A DNA stretch of 64,000 bases from Obrimoposthia wandeli. Its lineage: Eukaryota. A program made the translations under genes and the position numbers. Location: positions 372,001 through 436,000 of the forward strand of contig CDROCS010000457.1 of assembly GCA_977020255.1 (NCBI GenBank), in the 5' to 3' direction. The notes under the pieces were generated by a model, which saw only the letters and a list, made by a program, of their open reading frames with translations, was not told the DNA's origin and ran no database searches. The stretch's first letter is position 1. Every line of letters begins with the position of its first letter. Shown piece by piece: positions 12,462-24,326 of this stretch.

Positions 12462-13632
12462 TGTAAGAAGTGTTTAGGGCCCAAAAGGACTGAGAGTGAT
12501 TAGGAGAAAAACGAAGAGTAATTAAGAAGAACCAAGTATAATCAGAAAAGAAGAAGAAGAAAAGCGAGAAAGACAAAACACAGTCCATTAGCGCAAGACA
12601 AGGAACTCCATTAGCGCCGCCTCAATTCAGCCATCTCAATTCAGTCCGCTGCGAACCATCCAGCCGGATTCCAGACAGCGAGAACGAGAAACGCAGCTAT
12701 ATAAAGGAGCATCCCATATAACGGTGTGCACAAAATTGCAAAGTAAATCGAGTTGAAAATTGAATTGAGATCAAGTTAAAAAATTGCAAATCAAATCGGA
12801 GCCAACTAAATCGAATTGCACAGAAAGGTAACCGAATTTAGAAAATAAAGTCATTATTATGATTTCCAGACGTGAAGGAGTGCAATCCGAGGACAACGAT
12901 CAATTAAGGTGCTCGTCGAGATAATCTGAGTAGAATGAAACCGCGAAAAGGCCACGGACTCGTGGCTATTCAATTAGAACTGTTGCGGAGACTGAGGAAA
13001 GAGAGGATCGCAGACGCCTCCCAACTTAAACCGCCACCGAGGACGATTTTACAGGAGATACCATTGGAGGAAGGTGAGAAGCGAGCGTAATAGAATAAGT
13101 TTGATTAGTTTTTATATTGAAAGTGAAAGAAAAACGCTATAATTTTGATTAGTTTTAAAGTTGAATTACGCCGATAATTGATAAGAAATTATATTCATAT
13201 TTTAGAGTGTTTACTCTGCATAAAATCAATCAACTAACTTGCCCTTATTTTTAGAGCAACCAGCTCTCTAAAATCAACCAACTTAACTTGCCCATATTTT
13301 TAGAGCAACCAGCTCTCTAAAATCAACCAACTTAACTTGCCCATATTTTTAGAGCAACCAGCTCTCTAAAATCAACAAACTTAACTTGCCCATATTTTTA
13401 GAGCAACCAGCTCTCTAAAATCAACAAACTTAACTTTCCCTTATTTTTAGAGAAAAGACTCTAGTGAACAAAAACCCTCAATTAAAATCGATACGCGAAA
13501 CGTCCCCACTTGTGTAGAGACTTTGTGAAAAGTACTTAGGATTAGTTTTGTCATTTTTAGAACGTGTTTAGAACGTAACTTAGTGTGTTTTAGAGAATAA
13601 AAGATTTCCTACAACTAGACAGCGTTGTTACA
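12462..13632 (+). mobile_element. LTR-like sequence
   Basis: TGTAA...TTACA termini, TATATAAA near 12697, AATAAA near 13596, internal tandem array, and a co-oriented RNase H remnant 350 bp downstream. No TSD or PBS found. Confidence 0.4.
13199..13452. repeat. 49-bp tandem array (4 near-perfect units plus degenerate flanks), each with an 8-bp stem-loop
   Basis: CCCATAT recurs at 13291 and 13340 (period 49); core TTTTAGAG-CAACCAGCT-CTCTAAAA occurs four times. Confidence 0.95.
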
Positions 13633-13979
13633 GACCCTCACACCTAGACATAACAAACCTTAAGATAAGAATTGAGACAGGCAAGCACAACTTAAGTAGG
13701 CCACAAACATCTACAAGTCCTGCTTCTATAGAACTCACGTTGGGGGCCTCCATCAGAAGATCTATATCTAAACTCCAAAACAGTTTCATATAGAAACCCC
13801 AACACATATACATAAAATTGGGAAACTTAAAAAAGGAAACTCATCCTCGATAAAGTATTTCGCATAAAAGTAACTGTGACATGTATGATAGACATTGAAT
13901 TGATTACAATGTTAAGAACTAAAAAGAATACTTTTAATTTTAGCCTAAAATAAGATATGCACGTAATATATCACTATTA

Positions 13980-14200
13980 TACAGTGCACTTTCTCAAACC
14001 AGAGAACAAGAAACGATAACAACAAGCAATGTGTAAACCCCAGGGAAATTGGGTACCAATTGCCTGTTGTACTCGTTTCCTATCTGACAACTTTCGTGTG
14101 TTTTACATGATCATAGGTGATCATCTTGTTCTCTTGTTTGTAAAGAAACACTTTACACTATTTTATCTGGAGTTTTCTTGTCAGGAGAAGCCGTTTATCC
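13980..14200 (+). mobile_element. Ty3/gypsy RNase H remnant
   Basis: ALSQ...GNWVPIACCTRFLSD...VKKHFTLFLSG resembles W.PIAYASR.L...F..YL.G. Confidence 0.45.
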
Positions 14201-14589
14201 GTGCTTGAATCGAAACAGTTCTATATCAAGTATGTCTCCCTTGGGTGAATACCTCTTCTATTTTGCTTGAGTTGAAATGGGTATAGAACAATTTTTACAC
14301 TCAGGAGCTATGGATTTTGGAAGTTATTAACTCCAGATATTAAAGTTTATTTTAATCTAATGAAATTTTAATTTTATGTAGTGAAAGTTGTTTTCGCGAG
14401 CAATTGACATTTACTGAATTTCAAGATTATTGAAATTTTTCCGGTACCGAGAAATTTCAATAAATTACTCATTAATTCATTATTTATCTTCTAAATTAAA
14501 CTAAAAATATAAGAATTTCAAAAAATAAATTTAAAATTGTAATAATTATTTATTGATCAGTGTCATTTGCACAATCTGCTCCCAATTGT

Positions 14590-15250
14590 GTTATTAAGAT
14601 TCAATTGTGTCTTTCATATGTTTTATAAAAGTCCAATAATTTCCAAATTATCGCATGGCTAAATACAGCCAGCCTTTGGATTCTAAAATACCGCACTCTA
14701 ACTGTAGTATTGATTTTCTTGGTCGGGAAAGAACTGAGTTAAAAGAGTTTCAAGTGTTAATGGAATTATTTCACACCACTCATTGGAAACAAGTCATGCT
14801 CCAACATAGTTAATCCTAAAAATCTCGACAAAACTGGTTAATTGTTAAGAAGACCTTGAATTTAAGGATATAAACACAACTACCACATCTTCTTTGGGAT
14901 CAAACGGAAAAGCCATGAAACATAATATTAATTATTTTATAATTTAATTATTATCATGTGTCATATATGGAGAAGAAAAATCTGAAGGTATCTCCATAAT
15001 GATTGATTTAAATACAATAGACATCCTTTAACACCAGTATTCGGAAAACATTTACTTATAGTGCTAATAGCTGCCATTTCATAATTATCAAACATTATAC
15101 TGAGAACTTAATATTATACTTGCATATAATAAATCTTCCTTAAAAAATTATAAAGTTATAAAGTTTCCATTGTTCCATTGTTATTGGGAAAACAGATTAT
15201 TTGTCTCCATCGTCCAAGTTATGTAGGTCAAACGGTTTTAGACATTTTCA
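14590..15250 (-). mobile_element. Decayed Mutator-like (MULE) transposase
   Basis: DNYEMAAISTISKCFPNTGVKGCLLYLNQSLWR; FMAFPFDPKEDV; INTTV...SHAIIWKLLDF. Confidence 0.75.
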
Positions 15251-15799
15251 AACTCAGAATGTTTGAGCTTCAATATAATTAATAAGAAAAATATTGTAAT
15301 GAATTCAATTGTGAGTTCAAAATTGAAACCCAGACTATTTATTAGAGAGTAAAAAATGTAAGTTTCAATAATTAATTATTACCAGCATTGTTAAGAGATA
15401 CCTTGCTTGATGTCCATAAATATCTCAATGAGTTTAAAGATATTATATGGAAATTTAAAGATGAAAATGTGAGTAAGGTTTCGTATGATGATTGTATTAC
15501 GCCCTAAATGCTATGATTTACATGCATTTGATAATACATGTTCAATGAGAGCAAAGGGTAAGTGAAGAAACAATCTTACACATGAAGTTCATGATGAAAG
15601 CGTAGAGAAAATCAGACTTTATTTCTAGGACCCATCAACAGTATTCTCAAAATTCCTTGAGAATAGTCTTGAACGGTAATGATGACAAACGCTGTAGGGT
15701 AGAAATGAACAAGAGCTGTGGACAATTCAGAATTTAAACTTTTTTTATAGATTCGATTTTTTTATAAAATTTTGGATCTCTATGTTACATTTATTCACA

Positions 15800-17901
15800 C
15801 AATATTTTCATTATAATTTATAAGAATGCAACAATATTTGTTTCTCTGAATCACTTAGTTCGTAAATAAGCACTGTAGTAAAATTTGAAAGGCGGTTTAT
15901 ATTTAATTTCTAGTCTTACATTTCAATCTTTTGGGAGTTGTCATTAGTTTATATCAAAGTCTTGAGCCAAGACAAATGTAAAGAAAGAGCAGTAGCTTTT
16001 CGACTCCTTAAAGTAAAAAACATTGTTTATAATTGTATCTATTTGACCTAAATTTCGAATAAAAGATTGTGGAAAAGCAATAAATGCTTAAGAGATACTT
16101 TCAAAATCTGTTTTAAAAGTTTCGCGTAATCGTTGTTAGGTAAATAATTATAATCTCACAATAAACGAATTAATTGAATGTTTGTACCTGTATGAATGCA
16201 TAACTAATTGTCTTCATATTATTACACAACTACCTGCATTTCCCCACAGTGCGCTTTACTTAAACGAGCACACAGAAAGAGGACAGCAGATTTGGTGTTT
16301 GAAATAATTTGAATTATTATACAGACTTAACAATCATTATTTCTCAAAAGTGTCACGGAAGCTACATTAAGATTATCAAGTTGTATTAAATCGGTTGTAC
16401 AATTTCCTATAAACTTGTTGTCCTTTGAAAATAAATTAAAACAAATTTGGGTAGTCTCAAAGAATAGATTATGTTTAGTTTATCTAATAGGATAAAAAGC
16501 ATTGTTTTTTTCATTCCCATATTATGTTTCATAAAAACAAATTGCTTGGTTTACAGTTTTGTATCCCAAATATCAAGTCTTGGTTTTAGAACTTATGTGC
16601 TTAACAAAGAAAACTTACATTTACGTAAATGAACACTGAGAATTAAATATTTAGGTTGTTTGAATAAATTTCGCCTTAGTGAACAACACATTTCATAAGA
16701 TTTAGAACCTGCAATATATGCTTTGCAAGTTTTGGCATTTTTATTAAAAGCAATTGTAGACAAATTAGTATTTTAAGTAGATTTTCAATCAAAGACTTAT
16801 AAGCATAGGAAGAATTTGCACCTTCAATTTTAACAATATTAAAATTAACAACAGAATTATTAAGTAATTAATTTAAAAATTACTTAACTAGTGTTTCTTC
16901 TGCATTTTTTGCTAAATTTCTACCTTCTCGATTTGTTCTTAAAGTTGAACATAAAGAAAAGTATAATTTAAATCTAATTAATCACTATTGAAACCATTAA
17001 TATTAAATTATAAATCGGTTAAGGTTTTTCTTTAAACTGAATTACCTAGAAATATTTCTTCAAATCAAGCATTATCTACAACAACTTGTGAAATATACAC
17101 AATTCAGTTTTGGCACAACTTACTTTTCAAATACTGTTCGACTTTCTGTTTATTTGTGTTTTGCGTTTAAATCTGCTACCTGCTTGACTCTTATAAAATT
17201 AGCAACATCTGGTAAAATATAATCAAGTTTATTAAGTACATGCTTCTTAAAAGTCGGTATTAAATTATTCTCTGTATATTGATGACAGGTAGTTCTTCTA
17301 TAACCTTGAAATAAATCGACCGAGTCCCTTCAAAAGTGGAAAGGCAAATCTACATAATGTTGTAAGTCAGCCGGATCTATATTGTTTACCAAGAAAATAT
17401 GGTAATTATCCACCTATTGGCTTTGATTATATCAATAATCAATAATCAATTATATATAAATAAGCTTCAATTATTTCCAGATTCACTATTTCGTTTTCTT
17501 ATATGTAATGTTAAACTTGTCTTGTCTCTGTATGTGAAATCTATAAATTGTAGGAATCATCTCTAATATTTACTCAATATTGTTTATAGATAAGAGAACA
17601 AATGGAAGTGGAAAGGCAAATCTACATAATGTTGTAAGTCAGCCGGATCTATATTGTTTACCAACAAAATATGGTAATTATCCACCTATTGGCTTTGATT
17701 ATATCAATAATCAATAATCAATTATATATAAATAAGCTTCAATTATTTCCAGATTCACTATTTCGTTTTCTTATATGTAATGTTAAACTTGTCTTGTCTC
17801 TGTATGTGAAATCTATAAATTGTAGGAATCATCTCTAATATTTACTCAATATTGTTTATAGATAAGAAAACAAATGGAAGAATACATTGGTTGATCTAAA
17901 C
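15800..17901 (-). mobile_element. Second decayed Polinton/adintovirus segment: penton C-terminus - small basic protein - full-length hexon remnant
   Basis: The reverse complement aligns by eye with 2860-3600 (e.g. GATCAACCAATGTAT, GATTTCACATAC, AGAAAACGAAAT, TGTGCCAAAACTGAATTGTGTAT). It continues with hexon motifs KIEGANSSYAYKSLIENLL, NLFKQPKYL, NAFYPIR, NVRLEIKY and TTVLIYE. Confidence 0.85.
17334..17880. repeat. Near-perfect 272-bp direct tandem duplication inside the second viral segment
   Basis: AAGTGGAAAGGCAAATC starts at 17334 and 17606; the units differ at only a few positions. Confidence 0.95.
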
Positions 17902-18116
17902 CAGCGGTTCCCAACCTTTCTGGTGCAGTGACCGCTTGATAATATTTGCCAAGTTGCGGTGACCCCAAGGATAAAATAATTTTATCAACACAATAATTTG
18001 TTATATTTTAACTACAAAAAATTTATTGGCACAATGTAAACAACTTGAAAAAAAAACTTTTTAAAAGGCCTTGTTGCCTTAGGCGACTCCAGGCAAATTG
18101 TCAGGCGACCCCGCTG
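17902..18116. mobile_element. hAT-type MITE (same family as 61484-61738, opposite orientation, one TIR internally deleted)
   Basis: Left TIR CAGCGGTTCCCAACCT; right end reduced to ...GACCCCGCTG; 8-bp TSD ATCTAAAC / ATCTAACC. Confidence 0.85.
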
Positions 18117-20480
18117 ATCTAACCGTCATATTTATATTTATAAATACAAAAAAATACGTTTAATATTTCCAAAAGTATGTATCAATTTATTATGTTGAAC
18201 TTTTGAAAATTAAACCAATTAATATTGGAAAATATGGAAAAAAATCATTTTTTAGGTGCACAAGTTTCATAAACATTTAATTCTGAATCAATTTAAACTC
18301 AGGTATATTTTTTAATTCTTTGACAAGGAATTCATGAGAAGTCAAAAATGAGACGCCTTTATCCGATGAATTACTCAAAAGTAGTTATTTAAACTTTTCA
18401 GAAGAAATCAGAATATAGGTTCATGCAAAGAATGATGTTATTTGAAATGGAACAAGAATTTTATGATCCCTTTAAAAATGTTATCAGACGTATTAAAATA
18501 AAATCTCATGAAATCGATGAAAACAAAGAAAATATTCAGTATTCCATTTTTTTGGAGGACAAATTCAAATCAAATTATATAAACAAAGAATGGACTGTGT
18601 TGAAGTTTTTATAGTGCATTGAATAATAAAATAAAAGTATAAATGAAAAAGATTTTTCATATCCGTAGAAAGTTTGGATCTCAAAAACGTTTCTAATATT
18701 TTTTAGAACTTACATAGTGCTAAAAATAAATGTTAAATGAAAATATATTTATTTTTGGCCGAATCAAATAATTAGAGTTTTCATAAGATTTTATAGAAAC
18801 GTTTCAAATTCTCAGTAAAGAGTGATTTTTTGTTTATCAAAATTCTTGATTTTTAATTAACGATGTAAATAATTATTAAACTGTTTAATTACTTTTGTTC
18901 CTAGATAACCACACTAATTATTAGGAATTTACCGAAAACTTTGGATCTAACTCATAATCTGAACGTATGCATAACATGTATCTCAATTTATGGCTCGAAA
19001 TTATAGGGAAATAGTGCATATTAAACTTTAGTTTTTACGGTAGCATGTTCATTTCGTAAAATCAATAAATTATTCCAAGAAAATATCATATTTTGAATAT
19101 ATACAATTGTAATACTGTTTGCGTTAGAGTTAATTACATCTTGCAGAAGACATTAACTCGTGAGTTCTTAAAGGTGAAGATTTTTCTGAAAGCCTACCTT
19201 GATGAATATTTCAATTCTGAAGAGTTAAAAACTACACGACTTTTAAATGGGTTAATAAAATTTATCTTAGGTTTCGCTATCTAAGTTATCAAAATTAAAC
19301 AGTATACAAATTTTAGTTTAATAATACTTATCAAACGTAAAATTATTTCATTCAAACGTATTTATACAAAGTGTACAAATGGAATATATGAATACAGTTA
19401 TCCATCCTCGAGATCAAACCTGAGTACCTTTTTGAGTAGGAATATGCCAATTGAGGATGAAACCGTTTCGGGTTCCTAATTTAATTGAAAAATATTACTT
19501 CAAATGAATTATACAACAATGTGTTAGTGGTTTTAATTTTGTATTTTAAATTAAAATTGAGCGTACGTTTTCACAGTTTGTATTGTGAATCTGATTTATG
19601 TGGATGGTTTGTTAACTGTCGTTGAAAAAACGGCCCTCGTGAATTAGGCTTCTTATTCTTCGAGAGATATCGGGAGATATTAGTTCGGTTTCGTTTGTAT
19701 TGTCAGCAACTTTCTATCAGTTATCCTCATGTTCTCTTCTTTTATATGGCTTAACTGTCCAGAGAATTGAGAAGAAGGCCAGCATAACTGTCAGACTACG
19801 TGGAATGATGTCATACAACATCACGGGGTCCTGTGAATAATTTGTGAATAATAATATTCGGAATTAATCTGCAGAAGTTTGAAAAATTGAATACAAGTGA
19901 AGTCTCGACGACATGTTTGATTTTTACTATGGAACAAAATGATTAGAATTTATAATAAAAAATATATAATTTATTTAAATATTCTTTTTTTATTATTCAA
20001 ATAAATTTTAAAATCTTAGAATGAAATGGCATTAATTCATATATATTTCGGTAAAAGTTGTATTTTTCTTAATTTTGAGGTCATAAAAACCGATCTAGTG
20101 AAAACTGGAATTCTCTATGAATCGGCCTTCATATGTGACTTAAATTATTTTACTCAAACTCATGACTACTTCAAACAATTAGTTACGACTATATATTGAT
20201 TATTAATTGACCTTTAATATGCCGTTGTTTTTCTTCTATATCCTAAATTATTTTATTTATTTTTTCTAATTTAATTAAACTTTATATTTTCCTTGACCGT
20301 TTTATCCTCATAGTGAAATCCTAGTTTTATCCTTAGTGAAAACTATTAATATAAGTCATTTCAATTTTATATAAATAATTTATCTCGTCTTTTTCCGGAC
20401 CTAAACAATACAAGAAGCATCGGTTTACAAATAAACTAACGATAAAAAAGACGTTATTTAAAGTTATTCAAAGTTTATAT

Positions 20481-21293
20481 TTACAAAATTTCATCTGTGA
20501 GAAACCAAGGATGCTTAAGAAGTTCTTCAAATGTGATTCGTTCAGTTGGATTTTTCTGTAATGTTCTTGGGAGTAGATCATCGAGCAATTCTGATTTAAT
20601 TTTTAACGTGAGTTGTGGGCACTTGTAGAGTACATCTTCATTATCTTCAAATAAATAATGTTTATTTAAACAAAAGTAAATCATAGCACCAATAAAAAAG
20701 ACTTGGGCTGTTTGAAAATTAATGTTTTCTTTATTTTCAATCATTTCTGGCGGTCTAAATCCTCTAGTTCCAACTTTCAAAGGGTTTTCTATAGATCTAT
20801 CGAAATATGCGTCTTCAAAATCAACAAGGTTAACTTTCATTTGCCTCATATTGACCATCACATTGTCGGGTTTGATGTCTATGTACAGTATATGTTTACT
20901 GTTTAGAAAGTCAATATATTTGATGACATTTTTCAGTATGTTCTTCATTGTTCTGTATGGGACATCATGTTTTTCGACAAGGTCGAACAAATCTATCCAG
21001 TGATCTTCAGGACACAAGTTTTCCATCACGATGTTGTATTCACCATCTTCAATGAAATGTCCATACAATCTTGGAACAAATTTATACTTCTGCAGATTTT
21101 CGAGTATCAGAAATTCATGCGATTTACCTGTAGTTTTATAAAATTTCAAATCATTCTTTAAGGAAGTTTTCTTAATAAATACTTCAGTTTTACGCTCATT
21201 ATCATATGCTATTAACGTTTTTTTGTTAATGACGTGTTTTAGGAATTTAAATCTTCCATAATGTAGAAAATCTTTTTCTTTGACAACTTCCAT
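20481..21293 (-). CDS. Intronless Pim-like Ser/Thr protein kinase (atypical motifs), 270 aa
   Basis: VFIK, hinge then DLFD, YIDIKPDN, DFEDA, GTRGFRPPE, AQVFFIG, ERITFEELLKHPWF; uninterrupted ORF. Confidence 0.9.
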   Translation of the reverse strand: MEVVKEKDFLHYGRFKFLKHVINKKTLIAYDNERKTEVFIKKTSLKNDLKFYKTTGKSHEFLILENLQKYKFVPRLYGHFIEDGEYNIVMENLCPEDHWIDLFDLVEKHDVPYRTMKNILKNVIKYIDFLNSKHILYIDIKPDNVMVNMRQMKVNLVDFEDAYFDRSIENPLKVGTRGFRPPEMIENKENINFQTAQVFFIGAMIYFCLNKHYLFEDNEDVLYKCPQLTLKIKSELLDDLLPRTLQKNPTERITFEELLKHPWFLTDEIL

Positions 21294-22901
21294 GTATTTT
21301 ATGTCTATAAATAAAGTAATTTTTAAACAAATTTTGTTAGTGATAATGAATTTTTGTCAAAAATAAACTAAAAATAAGGAAAAGTAAATTCATATAATTT
21401 TCTGATATTGACATTTTCGGAAAATAAATTAAACAGTGATTAAATGGGAGAAGTTTTAATAAAATATGTCAGTGAGAGAAAAATTCTACGGAAACGATTA
21501 ATTTCTATTTGGAAATGAATAGATAATATAATAAAAATATATAAAGAATAATTGTATTAAGTTTTTTGCTATTTTATTAGCTTTTAGAACTTTAAATTTT
21601 TATAAAACTCCAATGATGATAGACATTTTAAACAAATAGATATATCAGATGAAAGTGGATGTTTATATTGTATCTTTGAAAAAACAATGGCTAAGTCTTG
21701 TAGAACTTAGAATACCTACAGTAAAAAGAAGTGTTTATGTTTTCTGTTTAGTAAAGTTTTCACAAGTTTCTTGAATATTTAAATATTGTTACAGTGTCTG
21801 ATGTCCATGATAAATGGCTGTAAAGATTTGGAGCATACATTTCATGTATTCCATCACTCTGTTTGTTATTTGAGTATTTTTAAAACATTTTGCAGTCATC
21901 ATCGAAGACGAAACCAATATTTTTTCTTTGACTTTTGAATTTTAATAATATTTTTACCACATACATGAAACTCTTTTTGCTTTGCTACAGTTCATATTAT
22001 TCTTACACAAAAGCTAATTAATTTAATTCCTTGTTAATAGGTCCTAGGCTTTCTGCAACAAGGTATAATTGTAAAGTTTGATGGAAATAAATACTCGATT
22101 AATAGTTCTTAAAAAAGTGCAAGATACAGTCAAAATTAACTAATAAATCATATTTCGTTTTCTATACTGTTTTGGGCAAGATAAATTATGGACTTTAAAC
22201 ATTACTTTCATAAATTGATTTTCGGTTTTTATTTGTTGCTTAGACCTACATCGATTTAATGACATTGTTGATAACTGGTTGTGGTTCTTTTTGGTTCAAT
22301 TTTAAAAATAAATACAAAAAAGTCAACACAGTAAATTTAAACTTTTCCAGTAATTTGTAGACTTAAGACATATATTCTGACAGCTTCTTCTGACAGAGTA
22401 CAACAAAAATTACAAGCTAACCTTTTAAATCTACTGGCCCAGAAAAAAGGATTTTTTTAAATCATCAATTAGGACAGCTACGACAAAAATGAATGTGATA
22501 ATTTCTGTTCTCCAGCTACCAATGTTTTAGAGAAAACTGTCTCAAATAATTGCTTTGATAAAATTAACCATCTTATAGATAATTTTAGGGATTTGGAGTG
22601 TAAATTAATGTTAAACAAAATTAATTTCATTTTTAATACAGATAATATATATTTATATTGATAATAATGGTGAGTGTTTATATCCAGATACGTGTTATAT
22701 TGAAATAAATCTAATTTTGCTGTGTATAGCATGGGAAAAAATGTCAGATACTACAATAAATGTTTGTTTTTGCGAACCTGTCTTTTTACACATGTTTTTC
22801 TAGATATTCACTTACTTACGGCTGAATTTCCTGAAATATATATTGGAAGGCTTCAGAAACTATATGAAGAATTATATTTTGGAAAATACATTGTTCCAGA
22901 C

Positions 22902-22940
22902 CAGGGGTTCCTAAACTACGGGCCATGGCCCAAAAAAGGT
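22902..22940. mobile_element. Solitary hAT-type TIR end
   Basis: CAGGGGTTCCTAAAC followed by palindrome GGGCCATGGCCC; partner end not found. Confidence 0.45.
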
Positions 22941-24326
22941 CATTAGCCTCATTTGGGTGTCATGGAGATTCCAAAATTTTCAGGAACAGTTGAATTAGCG
23001 CGTAATTTAATTAAAGAACTACTTATGAATAGGATCATGGTGTCATGATCGACGTGAAATTTTCCGACGTGACCGAAGAAAAAAACATCGACTTTTCAGT
23101 AAAGGAGATTATTGATAACTTTATCTAATGATGAATCTAATAAAAACTTATTGGCCGATACCTTATACATAATGATGAACTTATAATTTCTTTTCTACCA
23201 AGAAGTGAAGTCCACATAGTCAGTTAAGGTAAAAACCAATTTTGTCAAACTATTACTTCGTGTTTTGGGTTCGATAAATATCGTTGGGTTATGATTTATA
23301 TTATTTCAATGTCGATAGTTGGTTTGATTTTAAATAGCTTTAAAATAGTCAAATATTATATTTAGTAAGCTTTTAATGTACCAACAGAAATATGTTATCA
23401 TAAGCTATCATAATTTTCAACTTCAAGCCAAATAATATTTCAATGTTTAAAACGGCGAATTTTTATATAGATCTTCCAGACTTTAGCTCAGACCAAGAAA
23501 TTAGTTGAAATCGAAAATTAGCAATACCGGCTTTGCAATAGCTGTGTTTACTAGAAAACATTCAGATGCTAAGAGAACATTCAAGAATATTTCTTATCTA
23601 GAAACATTACCTTTAAACGTTCACATATTTAAAAAAGTATTAAAATTCTTATGAAAAATCCGAAAATAAAATTGCTGATGTGATTGGATGTCGAACTAAG
23701 AAATTCCAATTTAATGTAAGATATATATAATGATTAAATAAAAATGATTGTGTATCTAATTTGCAAATATAAGTAAATTGCCTATAAAGATTTAAAAAAT
23801 ATATATTAGAACCAGACAATTATAGACCGGCTTAACAAATCGGGTTACAAAGAAAGTAAATATGGAAAGTGGTGCAAAACAGATGAAAATTGAATTAGTG
23901 GCGTTGAAAAACTTCTTGTCAAAAAGTAGATTACATCGACTGAAACGAAATTTTTTCATTTTTGGACAAATATTATCCGTATAAACATTAATTAAATTAT
24001 TTAAAATAAATTTAAATTAAATAACCTTAATAGCTTAAAATTAATAATATATTTTCAATTTATACATGTAGTCGTTCAGGGAGCTTAATTATTTCCTTAA
24101 CATCGAGAATTTTAATATAATTCCCTACAATAAATACAGTTTAGTTAAGGAAACTTTAAAGAATTTTAACCATTGGTATTCATAAAGTACTAGACGAGTA
24201 AGATTGTTGTCTCCCATGTTCTCCTAATGCGCTATCTGTGCGCCTAGATCCCGGATCGTGTGAATGATGCTAAGGTGTAGCGATAGCGAGATGTATTTAA
24301 CAGAGTTCAACATAGAGCGACAGCAA

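Noticed and set aside
13199-13452. CRISPR-like array (palindromic repeats; TTTTAGAGC resembles the type II repeat start)
   Set aside because: Inter-hairpin segments are nearly identical rather than unique spacers, there are no cas genes, and the context is eukaryotic.
16400-16860. Plus-strand gypsy RNase H-like reading
   Set aside because: The minus strand gives continuous, better hexon motifs collinear with the viral segment.
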